Positions 1 through 9,900 of a stretch of 64,000 nt of DNA are shown piece after piece. Every line of letters begins with the position of its first letter. Position 1 is the first letter of the stretch. The stretch is from IMG/VR virus record IMGVR_UViG_3300038441_001119, positions 124,001 to 188,000 of that record. One strand, 5' to 3'. The notes beneath the pieces were generated by a model. It was given only the letters and a program-made list of their open reading frames with translations, was not told where the DNA came from and made no database searches. The translations under genes were made by a program, and so were the position numbers.

Positions 1-148
1 TGGAGCTTGGTGCGAGTTTGTAAATCTCTTCCAAGGTTTCACATGCGTCCTCAGGTTCGAATTTATAGGTCCTTGAACCTGAAAGACTGTAGAGAGTTCC
101 GATGCCTGCGTGATACAAAACTGGAATTAAAAGTGCTGACATACTCAT
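1..148 (-). CDS. Hypothetical protein, truncated by window edge (MSMSALLIPVLYHAGIG...)
   Basis: ATG at 148 overlaps the TGA of 145..564 (ATGA); frame is open to position 1 (hand-translated). Confidence 0.5.
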   Translation of the reverse strand, partial: MSMSALLIPVLYHAGIGTLYSLSGSRTYKFEPEDACETLEEIYKLAPSS

Positions 149-564
149 ACGAAAATATATTCTTCGGTTATTGGTTCGGTTGTTGGTTCTATTGTGGTGA
201 AGTCGTTGCAGTGTCCTACGTCTTTCATCATAATGGCGAAAGCAAGGGCACCCCATGTAATACTCTGCGATCCTGCGGAATTGAGATACATCTTCTTCAT
301 GGAAGCAGGCATATGGTCCTCTTCGAACTCCTTTGCAACCGCCAGTATATTTCCGGCATGCCCCCAAATATCGTAAGACAGATCCAGAATTTTATTCACG
401 CACGCATTAATGTTCATGAGGACATCCTCTAGTGGAACAGTGTGCTTGTCAGGTTGAATGACTACTCCGTCTGGTTCTCTGGCTATGTGCGCAAATCCGG
501 GGATGTACACATCAGTCCAGTGCCTCTTGGGTCTACCTTCTTTGGGCTTATGGTACGGTATCAT
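145..564 (-). CDS. Hypothetical protein with C-terminal tag (EPITEEYIFV); paralogue of 561..968
   Basis: Starts MIPYH; aligns by eye with 561..968 (IP..., DL.Y.+G..G.I); ATGA-coupled. Confidence 0.85.
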   Translation of the reverse strand: MIPYHKPKEGRPKRHWTDVYIPGFAHIAREPDGVVIQPDKHTVPLEDVLMNINACVNKILDLSYDIWGHAGNILAVAKEFEEDHMPASMKKMYLNSAGSQSITWGALAFAIMMKDVGHCNDFTTIEPTTEPITEEYIFV

Positions 565-968
565 ACGAATACGTATTCCTCGGTTACTGGTTCCAGAACA
601 GAGGCAGTTATCACTGAATCACCTAAGTAACCATTATAATGCCCCGTAGCTTTTTCCATTATTTCCAAGGGTAAGATTGACCAAATGGAACCTCTACTTG
701 CCTCTATGTACTCAGGTGTAAGTACGCCTGAAGAATTAAAAGCACTGGAGGCATCTACGATTTGGCCTACAGTACCGTAGACTGCGTAGAACAGGTCATG
801 CATCTGCCCTGACTGGTGGCCGAGCGCCTCTACCACCTGTTTGATGGTTCCCGGTTCGGCTGGCTCTATCCTAATACCTTCCTTTTCGTAAATTACCTTA
901 CCGTAGTAAGGAATAGAGAAAGATGGGTAAGTGCGGTAGCTAGCAGATCTGCTGTGGTACGGTATCAT
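561..968 (-). CDS. Hypothetical protein with C-terminal tag (EPVTEEYVFV)
   Basis: Starts MIPYH; paralogue of 145..564; ATGA overlaps at both ends. Confidence 0.85.
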   Translation of the reverse strand: MIPYHSRSASYRTYPSFSIPYYGKVIYEKEGIRIEPAEPGTIKQVVEALGHQSGQMHDLFYAVYGTVGQIVDASSAFNSSGVLTPEYIEASRGSIWSILPLEIMEKATGHYNGYLGDSVITASVLEPVTEEYVFV

Positions 969-1531
969 ACGAATACATATTCCTCGGTTATGGGTTCGGT
1001 GGGCGCGTCAAAGAATTCATCCGCAAAGAAAACACCGCAGATGCGCTTGCGAGTGTAAGCCACCATAGAGCTATCGAAGTGAGTAAATGTTCCCGCCTTT
1101 CTACGTAGATTAATCTCAACCTGATAAGCATGATAGTATGCGGTCATGATGTTGTCATGATGCACACTGGCGGTATCAAATACCTTCCTGAACATCTTCT
1201 CCATAGCCCTTGTTTTCTTGGACATAGCGGAGATGCTGAGTGTAGACATTTCCTCTAACTTCAGGAACTCCGCCAGATAGGCTCTGTCTGGGTTCTTGGG
1301 AAGGGCCAGAAGTTCTGGAGGTGTGTAGACAGAGTCGTATTCCTCTTCCTCTTCATCCTCATCATACACGTCAAGCTCGTCATCATAATCGTCGTCTTCG
1401 TATTCCTCGGTATTGTCTTCGTCCATTGGTTCTTGGGTTGCTATTGTTGTGGTTGTCTCGCGATATGCCCAAGTGCCTTCCAACATTATCGTATCTTCTC
1501 TTCTGGTTAGGATTTCTAGCTCCATGGGCAT
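965..1531 (-). CDS. Acidic hypothetical protein with C-terminal tag (EPITEEYVFV)
   Basis: Long D/E tract; ends in the shared motif. Confidence 0.85.
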   Translation of the reverse strand: MPMELEILTRREDTIMLEGTWAYRETTTTIATQEPMDEDNTEEYEDDDYDDELDVYDEDEEEEEYDSVYTPPELLALPKNPDRAYLAEFLKLEEMSTLSISAMSKKTRAMEKMFRKVFDTASVHHDNIMTAYYHAYQVEINLRRKAGTFTHFDSSMVAYTRKRICGVFFADEFFDAPTEPITEEYVFV

Positions 1532-1546
1532 ATTTGTTGTGGTTGT

Positions 1547-2458
1547 TTAGATGAAGGTCATTTCCTCATCGATAGGTTCGAGACACTTCGGATCTACCGA
1601 GGTGTCTACTGCTGCCTTTGCCTTTTTACCGAATACTTGGCCGTACAGATTCCTGTTACCTTCGCCGATGAGTGCGTCTCGTAGCACTGAATTCATCATC
1701 TCGTCTAAATTTCGCATGTAAGCCTCGCGGTCGCGATTGGCTTGTGCGAGTTCTTCATCGGTTGGTGCACGAACTTCACGAACCTGCACTCCAACCGGTC
1801 TACCGAAGCGATCCAGTTGGTACGTAGGAGCATAAGTGTGGTCGGTAGGTAATACTGTGTTAGCATTAACCGTAGCGCCCTCATTGTTCAAAGCTTCCGC
1901 AGCAGCTACGCCCGCATCGTACGCTTCTCGTGCTATACGATCTGCAGGAACAGCTACGAACGTAGGGGGTTCTGCAAACGTTGCTGGAGGGTAAGCATAG
2001 TGGTTAGTAGGTCGAATCCAGCCTCGTCCTTGCGTGGGAGGTGCAGGGACTGCAGGGGCACCCTCAGGTTCGTCCATAGCGCGTGCTGTCTGCTCTAATA
2101 ACTCCTGCACCTCGTTCGTAACCCGCATAGCTTCCACATGTTGTCGCGCAATGCCTGCCCAGTTGACCGTTGTATGTCCCACGGTTTCCGTCGTGACGGT
2201 TCCTCCGTTATTCACCGATACATTGTTACCATGGGCATCGTTGATATGGACGGCACCGCCCGCTGGGTATGTTACCCGCAGTGTATCGGTGTTACTCATC
2301 CACTCGACGGGCATCTGTGTTGTTGTCATGTAACGCTGATACAAGGCATCGTCCGTAGGGCTTGCATATACTTGGTACCCGGTTGCTGTGTTGTAATCAG
2401 CTGCAGTATGGGTATGGGCACGGAGTGCGCGACCTACCATTTGAATATCTTCATTCAT
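1547..2458 (-). CDS. Low-complexity (A/T/P-rich) hypothetical protein with C-terminal tag (EPIDEEMTFI)
   Basis: Track ORF 1547..2533; ATG 2458 (MNEDIQ) preferred because it overlaps the upstream stop. Confidence 0.8.
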   Translation of the reverse strand: MNEDIQMVGRALRAHTHTAADYNTATGYQVYASPTDDALYQRYMTTTQMPVEWMSNTDTLRVTYPAGGAVHINDAHGNNVSVNNGGTVTTETVGHTTVNWAGIARQHVEAMRVTNEVQELLEQTARAMDEPEGAPAVPAPPTQGRGWIRPTNHYAYPPATFAEPPTFVAVPADRIAREAYDAGVAAAEALNNEGATVNANTVLPTDHTYAPTYQLDRFGRPVGVQVREVRAPTDEELAQANRDREAYMRNLDEMMNSVLRDALIGEGNRNLYGQVFGKKAKAAVDTSVDPKCLEPIDEEMTFI

Positions 2459-2969
2459 ATAACGTGTATACGTATTTTCTAAGTGCTTCCTGCGTATCAG
2501 TTTCTCCAGTGATGTCTTGCAGGAATTTGACATTCACGTTTTTCCGGTCCTCCATGCTGACCACGCGGGCATCAGGGAAGAACAGATTGGTTAAGTTGCA
2601 TATGCGTATGTTTGTAGGCACGTAGAAGCTCTTGGTTCCGCTGACTATGTTGGCATGTTCCATAATCAAGCGTAAGACCTTCTCAGGATGTGCTGTACAA
2701 ACTACCGCACTTTTGGATTCATCTGCTATCTGCTGTAACCATCCGGTTAGCTGACCTGCAATTAGAATCGAAAAGTCGAAGTAGTTGGTTTTCTTTACCA
2801 CTTCGACCGTCTTGGGAACATAGGGTATCAAGGTCTTCACTCCTTCATACGACATGTCCATCACTTTGGCTAATGTAAGTCCATTACCCTCCCTGTACGC
2901 TTCGTACGCACAGAGAGGATAGAATGGTTCACCGCCAAGTGTGATTTCAGCGGTGTATATGGGGATCAT
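2451..2969 (-). CDS. Hypothetical protein
   Basis: 172-aa ORF, TAATG-coupled to the upstream gene. Confidence 0.75.
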   Translation of the reverse strand: MIPIYTAEITLGGEPFYPLCAYEAYREGNGLTLAKVMDMSYEGVKTLIPYVPKTVEVVKKTNYFDFSILIAGQLTGWLQQIADESKSAVVCTAHPEKVLRLIMEHANIVSGTKSFYVPTNIRICNLTNLFFPDARVVSMEDRKNVNVKFLQDITGETDTQEALRKYVYTLYE

Positions 2970-3208
2970 TATACTTCCTCGTCGGCAAGCAAGCCGCGAT
3001 TGATCATCTCCTTTTGTAGGGCGAACATCCGGTGAAGCCTACGGGATTCAATCCTATAGGCGCTCTTCAGGTGATCATCCTCCATCTTGGAGACTTGTAT
3101 GGTTCTTTCATCCTTGGTGCTCCATAGAACATCATCGGGATCACATCGCTTACAAGCTAGTCTTGCCAAACACATGGCAAATCTGAATACAAAATTTTGA
3201 CTTTTCAT
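2969..3208 (-). CDS. Small phage protein (W-x-TKD...M-x-DDHL type)
   Basis: Motif WSTKDERTIQVSKMEDDHL; start 3208 lies just downstream of the hairpin. Confidence 0.65.
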   Translation of the reverse strand: MKSQNFVFRFAMCLARLACKRCDPDDVLWSTKDERTIQVSKMEDDHLKSAYRIESRRLHRMFALQKEMINRGLLADEEV

Positions 3209-3221
3209 TTTTAACAGCAGA

Positions 3222-3246
3222 AAGGCCCCGGGGTTACCGGAGCCTT
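3222..3246 (-). terminator. Probable intrinsic terminator hairpin
   Basis: AAGGCTCCGG-TAACC-CCGGGGCCTT followed by TCTGCTGTT; weak U-tract. Confidence 0.55.
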
Positions 3247-3284
3247 CCATCAGATCGTTAGATCCGTATATTTATCTTCCTTGT

Positions 3285-3755
3285 TTATAGCATCGCCAAC
3301 CCGATACGACTCTTCTCATGAACGGAGTACCCTCTCGCAAGATTGGGATACTTCTTTCTGAGAACCTTGATCGTATCTCGGGTAACTAGAACGAGAGTGT
3401 AGGGGTTACGAATCTCGTAATGTACGTCTTTGTTATCATACGCATAACGCATGACCGGGTGCATAATAATGACGTCACCTTCTTTGAGACCTCTATTGGA
3501 TACATTACCTATTACTGCCCGACCATGCTCCTCACCGAAGTGCATGTACAGGTCCAGACCTCGTGACATTTCGAGATCGAATTCAGCAAGCGGTACTTTG
3601 GATGGAATATGGAAGTAGTCTTTGTCAGCACGACGTTCCGCAGGCGTCGACTTAGAAGTTACTTCGGTCAGTTTCTTGTTATCCCAAGCTATGTCTGGCG
3701 ATAAAGTCAGAAAATTAGCATAGCCTGTGAATGTCTCTTTAATCAGCTTTCGCAT
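3285..3755 (-). CDS. Hypothetical protein
   Basis: 156-aa ORF in the operon. Confidence 0.75.
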   Translation of the reverse strand: MRKLIKETFTGYANFLTLSPDIAWDNKKLTEVTSKSTPAERRADKDYFHIPSKVPLAEFDLEMSRGLDLYMHFGEEHGRAVIGNVSNRGLKEGDVIIMHPVMRYAYDNKDVHYEIRNPYTLVLVTRDTIKVLRKKYPNLARGYSVHEKSRIGLAML

Positions 3756-4198
3756 ATAACATCGGCGGATGACGCCGTTCTATTCAAAAATGCATGTAGT
3801 GGATAAATATAGTATACCCCGTTTGTCGAGGGGTACGCTATCGAAGAGCAACCTTGTTTCAGGTCGATGTTCTCTCCGTCATGTTCCTGTGGAACCAATA
3901 TGAAGCCCGAGTGTCGAGGATGCATAAGAGGATCGAAGGCGATCAATGTTCGGTCTTCGTAAATCTCATGCCACTCATCGATTACCTTGGAAGGTTTCGG
4001 ACTCATCAACTCCTGAAACAGAGGAATCTTCTCCTCTACAAGAACCTTAACACTCAAGGCGGTGCTGAGAGGGTTGTCTTCCCTGTCATCAATTTCCTTG
4101 AATGCGTCATACAGATTATCCGAATAGATTTTGCCAACATACGGTTTGAGTCTTTGGATGATCTCCTTAGCCTCCCAAATCCGAATCTGCTTCGCCAT
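3743..4198 (-). CDS. Hypothetical protein
   Basis: 151-aa ORF overlapping the end of recA. Confidence 0.7.
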   Translation of the reverse strand: MAKQIRIWEAKEIIQRLKPYVGKIYSDNLYDAFKEIDDREDNPLSTALSVKVLVEEKIPLFQELMSPKPSKVIDEWHEIYEDRTLIAFDPLMHPRHSGFILVPQEHDGENIDLKQGCSSIAYPSTNGVYYIYPLHAFLNRTASSADVICES

Positions 4199-5609
4199 TA
4201 CTTACCTCCTGTGTTCCCCACTCATCTTCTTCTCCCCAGTCGTTGCCGTCCTGAAGAGATTCGCCAATGGAACCCTCAATAGTCTCAAGTGGATCATGGT
4301 AGCCTTGAATCTTGAGATTCTTGGCTGTCTGGTCCAGTATATCCGTGTCGGCGTGCAGCGCCCTGTAGAACTCCGTGTAGGTTGCCCCTGTGAGTTCCAG
4401 TACTGGTGCGCTGATACGTCTCAACTTGATACTGCAGTCTATTGCCTTGTTTTCCGCCAACCATTCAGCGTTGTACCGATCAAAGCGAATCACCCGGTCA
4501 AGGTAACCTTCGCTCTTATCAGATGCCGGAATATCGACGTACTTGTCGTTATGTAGGTCGTACTCGATCACACGGGACTCGGCGCCCCATGAGTTCTTAT
4601 GCATACGTGCCCTGATTGTCTTACCAACGGTGTCTCCGCCAGAGTTCTTAACCAGACCCTTACGGGACAGTAGAATCTGCATGGAGTCCAGCTGGTTGAA
4701 TGCCTTACCACCCACCTTGGTGACGTTGAACAGGGCAGCAGCATCGGCGGCAAGCTGAGGACCGCCCTTACCAGACATGTCCACCTTGTCGTTTTGGTGC
4801 TGAATCAGAAACAACGTAACATTGTTTTCACCCAGAATGTACGGAAGTCGACGTACCATACGGTGGGCCGCTTTAGCGTGACCCATGTTGGAGTGGTCGA
4901 TGATGTCTTTCTGTTTGTCGCTCATGTTGTCTCCGAAGTCGTAGAAGCCCTGTGCCTCGTCTTGAGACATCAGCTTACCCCACGGGTCGATGACAGCGAT
5001 GAGCGGGACATGCATAGGGATGGAAACCGAAGCCTTCCGACCTCCGGTTTGCTTACCTCGCATGACCTCAATCCAGTCGATCAGCTTCTGATAACTCTCC
5101 ACAACCGACCGTGCCGTGTCATAGTGAAGGGCCTTTACCAGTCGCTTGGCCATTGCTGGATTTGAATGCATGATACGAGCCACATGGTTTTTACGCAGGG
5201 GCTTGTTCTCACATTCTTGGTGATAAACAGGTGAACCGTTAAGAAGGGCTACGCCTTCCAGATAGTGCACCAAGGAACTTTTACCAGTACCTTCCGCACC
5301 GATAATCTCAATCAGACCGCCACTGGGGAAGCCCGGATTATCGAACAGGTACTTGAGAGGGAGGTCGTGGACAGGAATCATTTCCCGTTCGACATCTCCG
5401 AATGATTTGAATTGTGTCGGTTTGTTCTTTCGGCGTGCGCTCAAGGTGTGAATCGTTTCCTGCACCTTTTCGCTAACCTCATCCGCATGATCTAGGAAGC
5501 TGTATCCGTAAATAGATTCCGCTTTCTGAGCCGGTTTCTTTACAGCCTTGACTTCTTTAACTTCTTGAATTTCATCAGTTTGTGTGTCTTCTTTCTTCTT
5601 TCTTGCCAT
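4167..5609 (-). CDS. recA: RecA/UvsX-like recombinase
   Basis: GFPSGGLIEIIGAEGTGKSS Walker A; IAVID Walker B; GGKAFN and KNS motifs. Confidence 0.88.
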   Translation of the reverse strand: MARKKKEDTQTDEIQEVKEVKAVKKPAQKAESIYGYSFLDHADEVSEKVQETIHTLSARRKNKPTQFKSFGDVEREMIPVHDLPLKYLFDNPGFPSGGLIEIIGAEGTGKSSLVHYLEGVALLNGSPVYHQECENKPLRKNHVARIMHSNPAMAKRLVKALHYDTARSVVESYQKLIDWIEVMRGKQTGGRKASVSIPMHVPLIAVIDPWGKLMSQDEAQGFYDFGDNMSDKQKDIIDHSNMGHAKAAHRMVRRLPYILGENNVTLFLIQHQNDKVDMSGKGGPQLAADAAALFNVTKVGGKAFNQLDSMQILLSRKGLVKNSGGDTVGKTIRARMHKNSWGAESRVIEYDLHNDKYVDIPASDKSEGYLDRVIRFDRYNAEWLAENKAIDCSIKLRRISAPVLELTGATYTEFYRALHADTDILDQTAKNLKIQGYHDPLETIEGSIGESLQDGNDWGEEDEWGTQEVSNGEADSDLGG

Positions 5610-5623
5610 ATTATACAGTTGTA

Positions 5624-5654
5624 GAGGAGGGGCAGTATAACACCGCCCCTCCTC
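5624..5654 (-). promoter_or_regulatory. Intergenic GC-rich hairpin (processing, attenuation or weak terminator)
   Basis: GAGGAGGGGC...GCCCCTCCTC 10-bp stem with no U-tract. Confidence 0.5.
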
Positions 5655-5661
5655 CGGTCAA

Positions 5662-6960
5662 TTATTCAACCGCTGCTTCTTTCTTCTTTTTGGCAAGGGT
5701 GAAGTACTGGACCATGGCTTGTGCGCCGAGATCACTGATTCGCCCATTGTCAAAAGCGTCCTGAAGTTCGGCAAAGGTTGCCTCTTCTTCATCCGTAAGT
5801 CCGGAGATAGTGGCTGCAACTTTGGTTGCCGTTTCCTTGGGTCCCTTGTCCGTTGCGTGGGACATAGGGATGTCGTCATCATCATCCACAGGGGCGGAAC
5901 TCTTGAATTGCGTTGGGGGTCTACGCGCCTCAGAGGCTTCCTGTACCGGTGGTTGTCGCTTGGTGGTGTCTTTGTATTGTGCCGTACGCTCTGGTACCTG
6001 CACATAGTCACCGCAAGCTTCTTTAATCAGTTCCACAGGTAGATCGGTTTCCTCAATGAGGTAAGTGACGATCTCATGTGCGGAAGGAATATACATGGTG
6101 TTCTCGAAGTCGAGGAACCGAGTACGGTTTACAAGTGCTTCAGGGGGAACCGCGATAGCTTCATGACCTTTGAGGAAGTCCTCTTGGGTACTGAAGATCA
6201 TGGTGTTGGCTGGCTTGCCTGCGCCTTTGGCCGCGCCTACTGCTTTCTGCGTGGACCAAGCATTGAGACCAGTCTTTGGATCAGTAACATCACCAAGGAG
6301 ATAGTCAGGCCAGTTCGCGTCGTGGTATGCTGGGTTACCGCGAGGCCCTTTGTTAAGAGCATCTTGGATCAGCGAGAATCCACCTTGCGACAAACCAAGC
6401 AGGAAGTTCTGCGCGACTTGTTCTTCATCATCTTTCACCGTGTAGGTACCGAAGAAGTTACACAGACCGATCTTCTGAGGCATCGTCAGCAGACGTTTCT
6501 CACTTGAGTTGAAGACGGTGTGATAAGAGAGGTGTTTCCACTTCTCATCATTTCGGACCATATAGTTCATTCTATCCAGAGGATCGAAAGAGTCTGCTCG
6601 GGTTTCCGCGATACCAAGTGCTCGCTTGGTACGCGGCGAGAAGAAGCTCCGGTTCTCTGGACCCCAGAATCGATAAACTTCGAATTCTGCATAGTACCAC
6701 CAGTTGAAATGCGGATGTCCCGAAGAGGAAATCGCTTCTGCATCTCGATACGGGAGGTACGAGGTTTGGAACGCTTCATCAGTAAGTGGTAGAGTGTGAT
6801 CAAAGGCAGGAAGAATCCGACCTTCGACTTTGTTTTTCTCTGACGGGAAAACGATCTTCACATTCTCTTTCTTCGAGAAGATTACTCTTCCTCCGAAAGT
6901 GGGATCGTTTTTGTTCACTTGCTTTTCAGGTTCTTCGCCGGGACGTGTACGAGGAGTCAT
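5662..6960 (-). CDS. Putative ssDNA-binding/recombination protein
   Basis: Lies between DNA polymerase and recA; RILPA strand; disordered linker with DDDDDIPM. Confidence 0.5.
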   Translation of the reverse strand: MTPRTRPGEEPEKQVNKNDPTFGGRVIFSKKENVKIVFPSEKNKVEGRILPAFDHTLPLTDEAFQTSYLPYRDAEAISSSGHPHFNWWYYAEFEVYRFWGPENRSFFSPRTKRALGIAETRADSFDPLDRMNYMVRNDEKWKHLSYHTVFNSSEKRLLTMPQKIGLCNFFGTYTVKDDEEQVAQNFLLGLSQGGFSLIQDALNKGPRGNPAYHDANWPDYLLGDVTDPKTGLNAWSTQKAVGAAKGAGKPANTMIFSTQEDFLKGHEAIAVPPEALVNRTRFLDFENTMYIPSAHEIVTYLIEETDLPVELIKEACGDYVQVPERTAQYKDTTKRQPPVQEASEARRPPTQFKSSAPVDDDDDIPMSHATDKGPKETATKVAATISGLTDEEEATFAELQDAFDNGRISDLGAQAMVQYFTLAKKKKEAAVE

Positions 6961-6974
6961 ATTTGCTTTATTAC

Positions 6975-9900
6975 TTACGTGGAGACAGTTGTCTCTTTTC
7001 TTGTTTTCTTGTTGATCACGGCTTCCGCCATGTTCTTCTTGTAATAACCGATCATCGCTTCCAGTTCGTCTTCAAGATGTTCAAGCTCCTTGGGAGTTGT
7101 TATCTCCTTCAAAGCCTCATCATCAAGCTTCCCTGACGACCATGAGCGGTTAATTTCAGTTTCAATAGGGTAATTGAGGTATCTACCGTCGTAGTCCCAA
7201 ACCACCTTCCTGAACATGAAAAGTTCATGTGCCTTCTGCCAAATGTTGACCTCCGCAATAGGACAGAGGGTCACAACAGCATCATACAGTAGCACCATTG
7301 GTCGGCCTATCAAGCCTCTTGTGATGCCAAAATGCAAAAGATTCTGAGCAGCGATTGCAGACGTGGAGGCGACACTTTCCTGTAGAGGGGTGTTACGACA
7401 TTCACGTCCCTGTGCGCTCATCAGGGCATCCCATACACGAGGGTCCATCGTTTTTCTGGAATGGGTCCCCAACCAGTGTCGAATACGACCTGAGGCAAGC
7501 CTGAGGTGGTCTTCTGACTTAGGCAGCTCCTGTTGCTCTTCCAGATACGCCGTTGCGACGGGCTGGCGTTCCTGTAGAGCATCAAGGATACCCTGCCCGT
7601 CTCCGGGGTTGGGTTTGGCCCCTGTATCCGCTTCAATTTTGCGTTCAAGACTATTACCCGAGGCCCCGTATGCAGATGAGAAATTCCCCACCTTACCTGA
7701 GCCGTCACGGTCTTTCTTCTTATCCAACGCTTCCCGTGGTAACTTCTTGAACATCTCAGCGAGCGACCAGTGCAGGTCCTCCTTTCCGGGATGAACGATG
7801 TTACCGTTTTCATCACGAAGCAGATCGTCTTCAGTGATTTTCACCCATACAGTCGGTTCCTTTTCCTTACCTTTCTCTTTGGCTTCAGGGTAGGCTAGGA
7901 TGTACTTATCAAATTGGTTTTCTTCGGGAATACCGCAATCCTTCTTATAGTTCAGACGGACCGGGTTCTTTTTCTTTTTGTCCGACTTAAGGAAGCCGAA
8001 CTGTTTATCCGGGAGAGTGACCAGATCAATCAAGTTCTGATCTCCTGAGATGAATGCAAGTCCACGAATCTCAGCGGTCTCATAGTCTGATTCCACCATG
8101 AGCATACCCTCTGGAGCAGTGACTACCGAACGGATGGACGGCAGTGCTTTCTCCAGATAGATGTGCCAACGCTCAGGAAGTTCACCTTCCTTGTGCAGAG
8201 ATTTGAACAGGGCTGCTACCCCTTCCTCGATACGCTTGTTCACGTACGACGGCCAGTTGAGGATGTTTGGTTTCCAACAACGGTTACGGGCGGTTTCGGT
8301 TACAGAGGAGTTATAGTGCACCCTACCGTCTTTTGCGATCCAGTAGTGCAAACCATTCTCTTTAACCAACTCACCATCGTCATCATACTCTGCGGGTTTG
8401 AGGAACGCCTTTGCGGCGTTACCGACAGCATTGAAGTCCAACAGGAGGTTCAGAACCGGGTCCTTGTAGGTCACGGAGAACATCTGCAGGGACTGTTTGT
8501 CCACGGAAGGTGCGTAGTTTTGTCTTACATCTTTGGGCAGGTTCTTGACCTTGCTCCAATCCATTGACGGGAACCCTTGTTCCTTTTTATTAGTACTTTT
8601 TACTGGTTCGTACTGCTTAATATCGAACAGCCACCGTCGCATCTGTTCCGGGGCGCGAATATTAAATTCAGGTGCGTTCAGGTAATGACCGTGAATGGCG
8701 ATAGCATCGGATACATGATCCGTACCGAATGCTGCTTTGAGTTTGTCCAAACTAGGACCCTCAGGGTCGCTCATGTAATCACACGCGAGCGCCAACCCTT
8801 CTTCTTCATCTCCGACTACCCGCTGGCAAACTTGTACAACCAAATGAGTGGCTTCTCTGGTCATGGTGACTTGGAATCTCTTCTCAAGTTCAACCTTGGC
8901 GAATTGGTACAAGTCACGCAGCTCATTGAGCTTCTCCATGTCCACAGGCAAACCTTCATAAGAGAAGTTGGTGAACACGTCGGTCGTGAAGGGATTAAAG
9001 ATAGTTTCGTAGTACTGCGTCAGCTGTTGTCGCTCCATCTCTTGTACGAGGTATGGATAAGCTCGCATTACCACGTCAACGTCCGCCATTGCATACGGTA
9101 GCAACAGATCGTCAGGGATGTCGGCATATCCATCGGAGTGACCCAGAGGATGTGTCTTCAACCATATGACGAGAGGCAGGTCATACCGACCCAAGTCCGT
9201 ATACTTCAGAGCAAGATTGTCCAAACCGAGATCTGCGTGTTCGTTACAGCATTGCTGCGCGAACTCAGTGTCCAGAAGACACTTCTTATAGATCTCAAGG
9301 TTCAGCCACTTCTTCATCCATACGGCGTCCGCAGAATAATGGTGACCCAGATACTTTACCTCTTTTCTGTTCAACCAAGCACCCAGCACCTGACCCACCT
9401 TTTCATAGGAAGCATCAAATACATAGTTACGTTGGTCGTCCATGAATCGAATGGCACATGCATGCCCTTCTTTCCAACAGAACTGGATGGTACGTAGGTT
9501 ACCGTCGATAAAGTTGTTCCCACCCCACTCGCAGTCCACCGAGATGAGGGTGTGATTTTCTTGTGCCCACATAGTCACCAGATCCACAACTTGTTCAAGG
9601 TTGTTGATCACGTGATACGAGGTCTTCATGCGTTTGGTTTCGAAGCCACGTATGGAGTCATACATGTTTCGAATTTCAAATAGATTGATCCTGAATTTCT
9701 CCACGTAGTCTGGACGTGAAGCAAGCAGGTGAACTGGGTCAAGGAGGATGAAGCGACAGTCATACTCCTTGTTATAGAACCACCCCGCTTTGATGTCATC
9801 AGCTCGGTATTTGACCGGGCTGAAGAAATCAAATACCGCCTTACCGAGACATACGACTATCTTCGGTTTTACTTCCCTCACTTCACTGTCGAAGGAGGGG

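Noticed and set aside
145-997. The approximately 410-bp-spaced junction repeats as a CRISPR array or integron attC sites
   Set aside because: The repeats are coding, vary at synonymous positions and are not palindromic; the spacers are whole genes; no integrase or cas1 is present
2969-3000. C-termini LADEEV (2969) and EILTEIVV (47797) as further tag copies
   Set aside because: They lack the EE-x-x-aromatic-aliphatic register
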